Shown here: piece by piece, positions 18,482-28,920 of the stretch
How positions within the stretch are numbered: position 1 is the first letter of the stretch
Layout: each line of letters begins with the position of its first letter
Assembly (NCBI GenBank): GCA_934162265.1
Contig: CAKPHZ010000004.1
Location: 1 to 63,418, forward strand
Origin: an uncultured Bacilli bacterium
GTDB taxonomy: Bacteria > Bacillota_I > Bacilli_A > RF39 > UBA660
Length of the DNA stretch: 63,418 bases
Reading direction: 5' to 3'
Notes under the pieces: generated by a model
What the model was told of the DNA's origin: nothing
What the model saw: only the letters and a program-made list of their open reading frames with translations
Databases searched by the model: none
Translations under genes and position numbers: made by a program

Positions 18482-20576
18482 AAAAATGAATGCGATACAA
18501 AAAAATAGTAAAAAGAGATTAAGGGTAGTTTTATATTTACGATTATCTAAAGAAGATTTGTATAAATTAAGTCCATCTGAGAAATCTCAAAGTATTAAAA
18601 ATCAAGAGATAATACTTAGAACTTATGCATTAGAAAATGGTTGGAATATTGTTGGGGTTTTTGATGATGAAGATTATTCTGGTTCTGATCGAGAAAGGCC
18701 TAATTTTAATAAAATGATTAATGAATGTAAAGAAGGGAATGTTGATATTGTTTTAGTAAAAACACAGGCTAGATTTGCTCGTGATATTGGACTGGTGAAT
18801 GAATATGTTCATAATAAGTTCAGACAATGGAATGTTAGATTTGTTACTTATATTGAAAAAATTGATAATACTAAAGATGAAACTAAGAAGACAAGTCAGA
18901 TTATTGCGATGAAAGATGAATGGCTTCTTGAAGATACTTCTAAAAATATTAGGGAAACTTTAAAATCAAAAAGAGCAAAGGGACAATTTACGGGAAGTTT
19001 TGCCCCTTATGGTTATATAAAAGATAGGGAAAATAAAAATCATTTATTGATTGATCCGATAGCATCTTTAAATATAATTAGGATATTTGAAGAATATAAT
19101 ATGGGATATGGAATGGATAAAATTGCTAATAGATTATCTAGAGATAATATCTTAAGTCCTTTAGAGTATAAGATATTTAATGGTAGTAAAATTAAAATTC
19201 CTATAAAAAGAAAAGATTATGTTAATTATATTAATAAAGCTGGTACTTATGTTATTGATATTAATTATACAAATAATCAGAAGAAAATATTAAAAAATAT
19301 AACTACTATTGAGGTTATTTCTAATGAGTTATTATTTAATAATACTTTTAATATAAAACTTTTAAAAAAGAAAAATAGTAAAATTAAAATTTATTATTCA
19401 ATAAAGGATTTAAATAAGTTAGATATTATTATTGATAATGGTAAATATTTATTTAAAAATAAACCAAATTTTAATCATGATAATTGTTGGAAGGAATTTA
19501 AATTAAATGATATACTGCCTAAAGATGTTACTTGTATTGCTACTTATATAACGGAATTAGATAGAATGCATAATATTTTTTATAGTTTTGAAATTACATT
19601 AAAAGAGAATAGAAATCATTTAAAATATTATTATTATATATTTGCTTATGCTGATTATTATAATACTCATTTAAATTATCATATTAAAGTTAGAAATAAA
19701 TACAATTGGAGTGCTACTACTATTAGAAAAATATTATTTGATGAGGTATATATTGGAAATTTGGTACAGTTTAAGACTACTACTGTCAGTTATAAAAATC
19801 ATACTCTTATTTATAATAATAGTGATGAACAAATAAGAGTAGAAAATACTCATGAGGCTATTATTAATTTAAAGTTATGGAATGCAGTTCAAATAAAATT
19901 ATCTCATAATAAAAGATGTTGTAAAGATGGAAAAGTTCATTTATTATCTAATAAGGTTTACTGTCAATGCTGTCAAAAAATATTTTATAAATGTGGAAAG
20001 AGCATAGATGGGATGGGATATTTATGTTGTAAAGATAAGTTAACTAGTTGGTCTAATTGTGATAATAAAAAATGGATTAATGAAAGGTTTTTACACGAAT
20101 ATATTTTACAAAAGTTTAATATTTTATTAGATAAGTATTATTCTATAAATAAACAGATTAAATATGATAATTCTTTTGTTGAAAATAATTTATTTCAAGA
20201 AAAAATTAAAGTTTTACTTAAGGAAAAGAAAGAGATTAGTTTTGATTTGGATAATAAAAAAGGGTATTTTAAAACTTTATATTTAGATTTTAAAAATGGT
20301 ATTCTAAATAAAAAACAATACTTTTATTTAAAAGAAGAAGATGAGGTAGAAATAAAACGATTGGAACAAAGGTTAAAAATTATTGAGAGAAATTTGAAAA
20401 GTATTTATAAAGAAAAAAATGAGAGAAAAAATAGATATTTATTATTTAATAAATATAAAGAAATCAATACTTTAAATAGTTTTATTGTAGATAATTTTAT
20501 TGATAAGATTATTATAGGGAAATATGATTTAATAACGAATAGTCGTAATATTAAAATTATTTGGAATTTTTTATAA
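18471..20576 (+). CDS. large serine recombinase (resolvase catalytic domain + recombinase domain + zinc ribbon + coiled coil)
   Basis: VVLYLRLSKED...SIKNQ (catalytic Ser region), VDIVLVKTQARFARD, FAPYGYIKD, WSATTIRKILFDEVYIGN, Cys cluster CQCCQKIFYKCGK...CCKDK...C, and a K/E-rich coiled-coil tail. It carries an unusual insert of about 170 aa. Confidence 0.85.
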   Translation: MMSKKMNAIQKNSKKRLRVVLYLRLSKEDLYKLSPSEKSQSIKNQEIILRTYALENGWNIVGVFDDEDYSGSDRERPNFNKMINECKEGNVDIVLVKTQARFARDIGLVNEYVHNKFRQWNVRFVTYIEKIDNTKDETKKTSQIIAMKDEWLLEDTSKNIRETLKSKRAKGQFTGSFAPYGYIKDRENKNHLLIDPIASLNIIRIFEEYNMGYGMDKIANRLSRDNILSPLEYKIFNGSKIKIPIKRKDYVNYINKAGTYVIDINYTNNQKKILKNITTIEVISNELLFNNTFNIKLLKKKNSKIKIYYSIKDLNKLDIIIDNGKYLFKNKPNFNHDNCWKEFKLNDILPKDVTCIATYITELDRMHNIFYSFEITLKENRNHLKYYYYIFAYADYYNTHLNYHIKVRNKYNWSATTIRKILFDEVYIGNLVQFKTTTVSYKNHTLIYNNSDEQIRVENTHEAIINLKLWNAVQIKLSHNKRCCKDGKVHLLSNKVYCQCCQKIFYKCGKSIDGMGYLCCKDKLTSWSNCDNKKWINERFLHEYILQKFNILLDKYYSINKQIKYDNSFVENNLFQEKIKVLLKEKKEISFDLDNKKGYFKTLYLDFKNGILNKKQYFYLKEEDEVEIKRLEQRLKIIERNLKSIYKEKNERKNRYLLFNKYKEINTLNSFIVDNFIDKIIIGKYDLITNSRNIKIIWNFL

Positions 20577-20599
20577 TATATTTCAAGAAAACTTTATAT

Positions 20600-20803
20600 G
20601 TGGCTACTGGTCCAACTGGACCTACTGGACCTCAGGGAGCTGCTGGTCCTCAAGGAACTGCAGGAGCTACACCAACTTTGACAATTGGAACAGTAACAAC
20701 AGGAAATCCCGGTACACAGGCTGCTGCTACAATAACAGGAACAGAACCAAATTTCATTTTAAATTTAACTATTCCTCAGGGACCTACTGGACCTACAGGT
20801 TAA
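20600..20803 (+). pseudogene. collagen-like (G-X-Y repeat) protein fragment lacking its own start/SD
   Basis: (V)ATGPTGPTGPQGAAGPQGTAGATPTLTIGTVTTGNPGTQAAATITGTEPNFILNLTIPQGPTGPTG-stop. It is visibly GC-richer than its surroundings. The only in-frame ATG (20561) is inside the recombinase gene, and GTG 20600 has no SD. Confidence 0.55.
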
Positions 20804-20808
20804 TTTAG

Positions 20809-21906
20809 ATGAACAAATATAAAGTATGCGTTTATGCAATTTGTAAAAATGAGGAAAAGTTTGTTACTAAATGGGTAAATTCAATGAAAGAGGCTGATAA
20901 AATATTTGTATTAGATACTGGATCAGAAGATAATTCTGTTTCTTTACTGAAAGAATTAGGCGTTATTGTAAAGAAAAAAATTATCAAACCATGGAGGTTT
21001 GATGTTGCTAGAAATATTTCTTTAAATATGGTAGATAAAGATACTGATATTTGTGTTTGTACTGATTTAGACGAAATATTATTACCTGGCTGGCGGGAAA
21101 ATTTAGAGAAAAATTGGGAAAAAGAATTAAATTGTCTTTTTTATCGATATAATTGGAGTTTAGATAAAAATGATGTTCCTAAAGTTAGTTTCTATTTAGG
21201 AAACATTCATGATAGGGTTCATTATCAATGGACTCATCCTGTTCATGAAGTTTTATCTTATTTAGGAAACGATGAAGAAAAAATAAAATATACTGATGAT
21301 ATTACTTTAAATCATTATCCAGATGTTTTTAAAAGTAGAAGTAGTTATCTTCCTTTGTTAGAATTATCCGTTAAAGAAGATAGTACTGATGATCGAAATA
21401 TGCATTATCTCGGAAGAGAATATATGTATTATGGTAAATATCAAGAATGTATTGATACATTAATTCATCATTTATCAATGAAAAAAGCAACTTGGAAAGA
21501 TGAAAGATGTGCTTCTATGCGATTTATTGGAAGATGTTATAAATTCTTAAAAAGATATGATGAAGCTAAAATGTGGTATGAAAAGGCAATTAAAGAAGCG
21601 CCTTATTTAAGAGATGCTTACGTGGAATTAGCATTACTTTATTATGAACTACATGATTATGGAAATATGATTAAGTATTGTCATCAAGCTCTTAGGATAA
21701 AAGAAAAGAAGGATACTTATATTAATGAAGTTTTTAGTTGGGATTATACGATTTATGATTTACTTTCTATAGGATTTTTTGAAATAGAAGATTTTGAAAA
21801 AGCACTCTCTTATTCTAAGATGGCTGTTGATATGGACCCTGATAATCAAAGATTAATTGATAATTATCAAACTATTTTGGATACAGTAAACCGATATACA
21901 GATTAA
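20809..21906 (+). CDS. family-2 glycosyltransferase with a C-terminal TPR-like domain
   Basis: VCVYAICKNEEKFVTKWVNSMKEADKIFVLDTGSEDNS and a DxD-like TDLDE motif. The C-terminal part has helical repeats (YEKAIKEAPYLRDAYVELALLYYE...). It starts 5 nt after the collagen-like stop. Confidence 0.7.
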   Translation: MNKYKVCVYAICKNEEKFVTKWVNSMKEADKIFVLDTGSEDNSVSLLKELGVIVKKKIIKPWRFDVARNISLNMVDKDTDICVCTDLDEILLPGWRENLEKNWEKELNCLFYRYNWSLDKNDVPKVSFYLGNIHDRVHYQWTHPVHEVLSYLGNDEEKIKYTDDITLNHYPDVFKSRSSYLPLLELSVKEDSTDDRNMHYLGREYMYYGKYQECIDTLIHHLSMKKATWKDERCASMRFIGRCYKFLKRYDEAKMWYEKAIKEAPYLRDAYVELALLYYELHDYGNMIKYCHQALRIKEKKDTYINEVFSWDYTIYDLLSIGFFEIEDFEKALSYSKMAVDMDPDNQRLIDNYQTILDTVNRYTD

Positions 21907-22946
21907 TGCATATCGGTTTCTTTTAGTGATTGAAAAAAAGGTTTATATGCTGAAGCTAAAGCATAGGTAGTTTCAATCTCTTTTAAAGTATAAAATTGAT
22001 AAGGTAGATTTTTGATGTTTTCTAAGATAATTTTATAAGACTTCATTTGCCATTTTTTATGTGTAAAAATATGGGTATAATTTTTATCTTTTTGAATATT
22101 CTTATAAGAAATTAAATTTTTTTCTAGATAAGAAACAATTTCTTTTTTGGAAACGTTTCCTTCTAATTGGGGAAAAGACCATAAATTTTGAAGAAGACTT
22201 TCTTCTTTTCTTTGATATAAAGCATATTTATTTTGGTACTGATAAAGAAGTACAGTATACAATTCTTCTTTTTTTGTACTTTTCTTTTTCTTCACAGGAA
22301 GTGATAAATAAGTATTTTTTTTATAAGATAAACAATCTTTGTTTAATGGGCATTGTAAACATTTTGGAGTTCCTTTTGGTAAACAGATTGTTTCTCCCAA
22401 TTCCATCATCCCTTGATTAAAATCTCCGGCATCCATGGGTATCACTTGCATTAAATAGTGCCGAATTTCTTTTTTTACTTTTGGTTCATCTATGTTCCTT
22501 TTATCATTGAAAAATCTTGTAAATACTCTTAGAACATTACCATCAATTGTTACTTCTTTTTGGTTGAAACAAATAGAAGAAATAGCACTTGCTGTATATT
22601 CTCCAATTCCAGGAAGTTTTAGGATTTCCACATATTCTGTGGGAAACTTTCCTTGATGTTCTTGTTCGATAATTTGGGCAGTTTTTTTGAGGTTTTTAGC
22701 CCTAGAATAATAACCTAATCCTTCCCATAACTTTAATAATTTTTCTTCATCAATGGTAGCTAAATCATGAATTGTTGGTAAGAATGTGATAAATCTTTCA
22801 TAGTAAGGAATGACAGTTTCTATTCTTGTTTGTTGAAGCATGATTTCTGATATCCAAATATGATAAGGATTGTTGTCTTTTCTCCATGGAAGAACTCTTT
22901 TATTTTTTTGATACCATATACTTAATTTTGCTAATTCGTTTTTCAT
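21903..22946 (-). CDS. mutY: A/G-specific adenine DNA glycosylase
   Basis: HhH-GPD region (LPGIGEYTASAI), WEGLGYYSRAKNL, a four-Cys Fe-S cluster loop (CLPKGTPKCLQCPLNKDC) and a C-terminal NUDIX-like domain. Confidence 0.85.
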   Translation of the reverse strand: MKNELAKLSIWYQKNKRVLPWRKDNNPYHIWISEIMLQQTRIETVIPYYERFITFLPTIHDLATIDEEKLLKLWEGLGYYSRAKNLKKTAQIIEQEHQGKFPTEYVEILKLPGIGEYTASAISSICFNQKEVTIDGNVLRVFTRFFNDKRNIDEPKVKKEIRHYLMQVIPMDAGDFNQGMMELGETICLPKGTPKCLQCPLNKDCLSYKKNTYLSLPVKKKKSTKKEELYTVLLYQYQNKYALYQRKEESLLQNLWSFPQLEGNVSKKEIVSYLEKNLISYKNIQKDKNYTHIFTHKKWQMKSYKIILENIKNLPYQFYTLKEIETTYALASAYKPFFQSLKETDMH

Positions 22947-22956
22947 GTTAAAGTAC

Positions 22957-23844
22957 TTAATAATTCCTTTTTCTATTTATATCATTTGAACCTGGATAGT
23001 TTTTTTTGATTTCCTTTGATAATATTTTTGCTTTTTCTGTTGTATCAAGAATTGGTTCTTGCAATGTTATTGTTGATGGTAATTCTCCAATAAAAGAATA
23101 ATTATTTTGCTGGTTTAATTTTGCTTCTGATACTAAAAAGCAAAACTGTTTTGGGACTCCACTTTTAATATAAGCGGTTGCATCTATTAAAGAAACTTCT
23201 CCATTGGAAAATGTTATTTTGTTTAATGCATGAAAGTCATCATTATGATTTGCTGATATTACCTCTATATTTAATCCTAAAGCTTGACCTGTTATACTAA
23301 GAAAATTGGCAATATCAGAACACAATCCTTGTCCCATTACAAGCACGCTATTATAGTTAGAGTCGATTGGAATATTATCTTTAAAATCAAAGTCATATTC
23401 TGATACAAATGGAATTTGATTGCAATATTTATAACAATCATAAGAATATTTAAAGTACTCTGTAGTAAAATCAAAGAGAAAGGATAGTTTTTCTGATTCG
23501 TTCTTTGGTGTTGATAAAGTACTTAATAAGACTTTCTTCATTTGTAAAGCAATTTGATCGATTGTGTTCTTATTTAATTTAAGTATTGTGTGATAATTTT
23601 GTTGATAAGTATCTAATCTTTCTTTTAATTGCTTGATATTTCTATTTTTTAAATTTTCTAGACTAATTTCTCTTTCTTTGCTAAAAAGAAGAGCTGTTTT
23701 ATATTCTCTTTGAAATTTTTTTTGCATTTCAGTATCTGATTTTTCTATCATATCCTGGTTCTCTTCATATTTTTTGATAGAATAAATTATTAATTCGTCA
23801 TAAATATCTTTAATGTCTTCATCAGTAAAAAACGTTTCGAGCAT
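22957..23844 (-). CDS. hypothetical protein with a transglutaminase-like Cys/His/Asp core in its C-terminal half
   Basis: GQGLCSDIANFLSITGQALGLNIEVI ... FHALNKI ... SLIDAT follows the C...H...D order of the transglutaminase-like thiol peptidase fold. Pattern-level call only. Confidence 0.4.
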   Translation of the reverse strand: MLETFFTDEDIKDIYDELIIYSIKKYEENQDMIEKSDTEMQKKFQREYKTALLFSKEREISLENLKNRNIKQLKERLDTYQQNYHTILKLNKNTIDQIALQMKKVLLSTLSTPKNESEKLSFLFDFTTEYFKYSYDCYKYCNQIPFVSEYDFDFKDNIPIDSNYNSVLVMGQGLCSDIANFLSITGQALGLNIEVISANHNDDFHALNKITFSNGEVSLIDATAYIKSGVPKQFCFLVSEAKLNQQNNYSFIGELPSTITLQEPILDTTEKAKILSKEIKKNYPGSNDINRKRNY

Positions 23845-23860
23845 TTTATCCTCCTTAATT

Positions 23861-23892
23861 TAAGAAAAGCGTAAGGATAAGCCATACGCTTT
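23861..23892 (-). terminator. intrinsic terminator after eno
   Basis: Minus-strand hairpin AAAGCGTA-N11-TACGCTTT followed by TTCTTA, 5 nt after the eno stop. Confidence 0.5.
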
Positions 23893-23896
23893 CATA

Positions 23897-25182
<1,286 letters not shown>

Positions 25183-25260
25183 AATTTTTAATAAATAGTT
25201 AATTATCTTCTTTAGAATTGACATTTTTATGTAAAATATATATAATTTTAATAAATAGAA

Positions 25261-25767
25261 ATGAGTGATGATATGGAAAGTTTAGTTAATTTTTTTATAG
25301 GATTATTTGGAGGTGCTGCTAAGGAAGTGGTTATTTTTATTATTTCCTTAATGCCTATTTTAGAACTTAGAGGTGGTCTCTTGGCAGCATCTCTTCTTCA
25401 TGTAGAGTATATAAGAGCTGCAATGATTTGTGTAATTGGTAATGTATTACCTATTCCTTTCGTACTTTTATTTTTAGAAAAGATATTAGATTTATTTGAA
25501 AAATGGAAAGTTACGAAAAAAGTAGTTGTTTGGTTAGAGAAAAAGGTCGATAATAAAAGAGAACAAATTGATAAATATGGCTATTTAGGACTGGCTTTAT
25601 TTGTTGGTATTCCTCTACCTGGTACAGGTGCTTGGACTGGCTCTTTACTTGCTGTTATGCTTGGGATGAATAAGAAAAAATCGTTTTTATTTATTTTAAT
25701 CGGTGTATTAATGGCAGCTATTATTATGAGTATTTTATCTTATGGAATTTTAGGGAGTATTCTCTAA
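25261..25767 (+). CDS. small multidrug-export-like membrane protein (COG2426-like)
   Basis: PILELRGGLLAA motif and four hydrophobic helices. The start codon is uncertain (25261 or 25273). Confidence 0.5.
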   Translation: MSDDMESLVNFFIGLFGGAAKEVVIFIISLMPILELRGGLLAASLLHVEYIRAAMICVIGNVLPIPFVLLFLEKILDLFEKWKVTKKVVVWLEKKVDNKREQIDKYGYLGLALFVGIPLPGTGAWTGSLLAVMLGMNKKKSFLFILIGVLMAAIIMSILSYGILGSIL

Positions 25768-25800
25768 TTTTTTTATAGAATAGAAAGGTAAGATATTAAA

Positions 25801-27495
25801 ATGAAGAAAGATATAAATATTTTAATTGATGAGATAGTTTCAAATGTAAAAGATGAGTGGCCTATTCTTTATAAAATTAGATATGTTTATTTAGCAGTGG
25901 GAAAACAATTAATGAGAGATACTGATTTCTTTTTATCAGTAGATGGAAAACTAGGAAATGCCAATTTATCTAATCAAGAAATTATTGATATTTATAATAG
26001 TGATAAAGGAAGAGATCTTGCAGTAATTTGCAAATCTGCCTCTTCTATTTTAAAGATGGCTTATGATAGATTAGGAATTCATTCTGAATTAATTGAAACT
26101 AATACTTCTTTAGCAACAATTTATGATGAAGGAGAATTTTTAATTAATCATTGGTTTTTAGCAGTATATGATGATAAAGGAAAAGCCTATTTTATGACAT
26201 TAACTCCAGATTTAGGTTATATTCAAATGAATATGGAAACCAGACATTTTGCTTCTAATATTCCTTATATTAGAGATTTTGGTTCTAAGAAGATGCAAGT
26301 ATATAAGGGAGAAGAAATCAAACCCAGTTTTATTTCTAGAAATGAATTAAAAGAAATTGATATTGCTATTGGTTATATAAAAAATGAATATCTATATAAT
26401 GATAAATATCAAAAAGGAAAACAATGGAAAAAGAACTATGATAATGCAGCCTTTGCTATGTTAAAAAATGAAATACATGACAATAAACTTTTTTATGAAC
26501 TTGCTTTGCAAAAATCTTCTTTTTATCAAACTTGTACAAATTTTAAAGGAGAAAATGGCAAATCTATTTCTTTTATTCAAGATGATTTAACCAAATTGAC
26601 AGATGAAGATTGGAAATATTTTAATAAAGCTGTATGTGAACAAGTTTTAAACAAAATAAATCAGATTTTAGGATATGAGATATTTATCATTCCAAATATT
26701 GATAGTAAACATTGGAATTATGAATCTTGGTTATTAAATCTTTGTGTTCAATTACAAGATGAAATATTAAAAAGGATGATTCCTAAAGATGAAATAGATA
26801 CTAACATAACTATTGATTTAGATTATTTTGAATATAGTAAATGGTCTAGAGAGATAAAATCAAAATATAAATTTAATCAATCTTATGATGATATCTTAAA
26901 TATTTTAGATAAAATGAATTCTTTAGTAAAAAGTACAGAGAAAAAAGAAACAAGAAAGAATATTGGGGTTTTACTTCATAAACTAGGTTATCATTTTATT
27001 TCTCAAAAATATGTTTATGAAAAAAATATTGATAAAGATGGATATTTATCTAATCATTATATTGCAAATAAGTTTAATCTTTTATTTCCATACGTATTTA
27101 GTTGCAATGATGTTATTACCGATTTTAATAAAATGGGTTATAGTGAGCAAGTTGCTATTATGAAAGAAACTGTACTGTTAATGTTTTCTGAAATAACTAA
27201 AAATAATTCTAGTAAATTTAATGGATATAATGAAAATTATAATGCTATTTTTAATCGGATACAGATGTATACTGTTAGAAACAAAACAACACAGGAATAT
27301 TCAATTGTTTTTAATATTCCTAGTAATAAAGATGAAAATGATTATTATTTCTTTTATAATCCTGGAAAGAACTTATTTAGAACTTTTAATTTTTTAGATT
27401 TTTGTAATGATTATATTATTGTTAGTGATCGACTTAAAAATAAAATAAGTATTATGGATTTAGAAAACATCGAAAAAAACAGAAAGAAATTTTAA
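25801..27495 (+). CDS. hypothetical 564-aa protein with an N-terminal transglutaminase-like Cys/His/Asp core
   Basis: AVICKSASSILKMAYDRLGIHSELIE ... INHWFLAVYDD ... MTLTPD shows the ordered C, H, D. The remaining 400 aa are unrecognised. Confidence 0.4.
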   Translation: MKKDINILIDEIVSNVKDEWPILYKIRYVYLAVGKQLMRDTDFFLSVDGKLGNANLSNQEIIDIYNSDKGRDLAVICKSASSILKMAYDRLGIHSELIETNTSLATIYDEGEFLINHWFLAVYDDKGKAYFMTLTPDLGYIQMNMETRHFASNIPYIRDFGSKKMQVYKGEEIKPSFISRNELKEIDIAIGYIKNEYLYNDKYQKGKQWKKNYDNAAFAMLKNEIHDNKLFYELALQKSSFYQTCTNFKGENGKSISFIQDDLTKLTDEDWKYFNKAVCEQVLNKINQILGYEIFIIPNIDSKHWNYESWLLNLCVQLQDEILKRMIPKDEIDTNITIDLDYFEYSKWSREIKSKYKFNQSYDDILNILDKMNSLVKSTEKKETRKNIGVLLHKLGYHFISQKYVYEKNIDKDGYLSNHYIANKFNLLFPYVFSCNDVITDFNKMGYSEQVAIMKETVLLMFSEITKNNSSKFNGYNENYNAIFNRIQMYTVRNKTTQEYSIVFNIPSNKDENDYYFFYNPGKNLFRTFNFLDFCNDYIIVSDRLKNKISIMDLENIEKNRKKF

Positions 27496-27788
27496 CGTTG
27501 CTTTCTGTTTTTTAATAGTTCTTGTACTTTATCATAATAAACTAAAAACCGTAAGTATTGAGAATCGTTAACATCTTTCTTGACCTCAGTGATATGAATA
27601 TTTTGATTTTGAAAAATTTGAATAATATTAGGAATTTGTTTATCTATTAAATCATCATTTTGAGATTTCGTTAAAATATGATACTCATATCCCAAATCAT
27701 CAACTTTTTTAGAATATAGATATGTTTCATGATTATTTTCATCTACATAAACAAAAATATTAAAAATATTATCTTTCATTTTTAACAC
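27492..27788 (-). CDS. hypothetical protein (98 aa)
   Basis: ORF only. It is convergent with the previous gene and overlaps its stop by 4 nt. Confidence 0.4.
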   Translation of the reverse strand: MLKMKDNIFNIFVYVDENNHETYLYSKKVDDLGYEYHILTKSQNDDLIDKQIPNIIQIFQNQNIHITEVKKDVNDSQYLRFLVYYDKVQELLKNRKQR

Positions 27789-27862
27789 CTTATTTCTTAA
27801 TACATTGTAGCATTTTTCTTGAGAGAATGCAACTTATCAAAAAATATTAAGTGGAATACATT

Positions 27863-28378
27863 TTAGTTCATTACATACATATCAATTAAAGAATTTAAAA
27901 AATCAGATTTTACGTTTAATTGATTTGAATTTTTCTTTAAATTTGCATTTACTCCTGAAGCAAAGAGAGTATATTCATTTTCTGTGCCACTAATAGTATT
28001 ATTTTCAAAATTATATTCGATTGTTTGATTTAATTTTTCTCCCATTTTCTGATCAGCAGGTGTACTAAATTTATAATTTAATTTAAGTTTGTCTCCAGTA
28101 ATTTCATAAGTTCCATAATACCAGTTTTTCATCGTCTCAGTTTGACTTGCATAAAATGTCCCATCAGACTCTAAATCAATTATTGCAGTATATGGTACAT
28201 CATCATTATTTGTACTAAAAGTATATTCTCCTACATAACTTTTTTCATTTTCTTCTTTTGAAGTATCATTAATTACTTCATTATTGAAATCAACTTTTAT
28301 CTCCTTATTATTAAAGTTAATTGTACCACTTGCAAATAGGATACATAATACTCCTAGTATGATTATAATTACTCCCAT
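27863..28378 (-). CDS. membrane-anchored hypothetical protein
   Basis: N-terminal TM MGVIIIILGVLCILFASG followed by a beta-rich domain. In-frame K-rich codons continue upstream without a canonical start, so the true start is uncertain. Confidence 0.45.
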   Translation of the reverse strand: MGVIIIILGVLCILFASGTINFNNKEIKVDFNNEVINDTSKEENEKSYVGEYTFSTNNDDVPYTAIIDLESDGTFYASQTETMKNWYYGTYEITGDKLKLNYKFSTPADQKMGEKLNQTIEYNFENNTISGTENEYTLFASGVNANLKKNSNQLNVKSDFLNSLIDMYVMN

Positions 28379-28920
28379 TAGAAAAATAATTATATGATTA
28401 TTTTTCTTATTCTTTCTTCACTCCTCCTATTTTAAGGATAGCAAATTCATTTTATTATTTCAATTGAAAAAAAGGACTTTACAGAATGAAAATATAGTTT
28501 AAAATCCATATATTGCTTTAAGTCTTATTTTAAAAGGATTTATTTAAATATTTTATCTTAAAAACCGAACGTATATTTTCCAAAAAACATAAGATTTTTT
28601 TAATAAAACCATATTCTCTTACTATAATTTTTACAAAAATATTTACTTTTGAGTCAAAATCAATAATAAAATTTGCATACTCGACAGATAAAAGCTACTA
28701 ATTATGATAATTAATTATACTAGAAATGACCAATAAACAAGGAATTAATCATATACGAAGTTAACGATTTTTCAAGTATAAATTTCTCATTAGTCCTTTA
28801 TTTAAAAGAATTTAACAAGGTTTTAAAATAAATTTATATTTTTATCCTGAGAACTTTACAAAAGATAACATCTCTTCTGTAAAGTTATTTTTATTTAAGG
28901 AAAGATAAAATTTAAGTATT

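Larger units (their letters stand above)
18139..20599 (+). mobile_element. serine-recombinase cassette (possible right end of an integrated element/genomic island)
   Basis: 2.46-kb segment holding a 51-codon ORF and a large serine recombinase gene. Both flanking genes (kinase on the left, collagen-like on the right) lack their 5' ends exactly at its borders. No att sites were identified. Confidence 0.4.

Noticed and set aside
20561-20599. ATG 20561 as the start of the collagen-like ORF (as in the ORF track)
   Set aside because: It lies inside the recombinase coding region, has no SD, and the first 13 codons (MEFFIIYFKKTLY) are just the recombinase 3' end read in another frame.
18261-20603. 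Possible att core: TTATTTGTGG (18261..18270) versus TTATATGTGG (20594..20603), which could bracket a minimal recombinase-only element
   Set aside because: It is only a match of about 10 nt in AT-rich DNA. Joining the two sites in silico gives stop-RFVFNIILFVATGPTG, i.e. no restored start or N-terminus for the collagen-like ORF.
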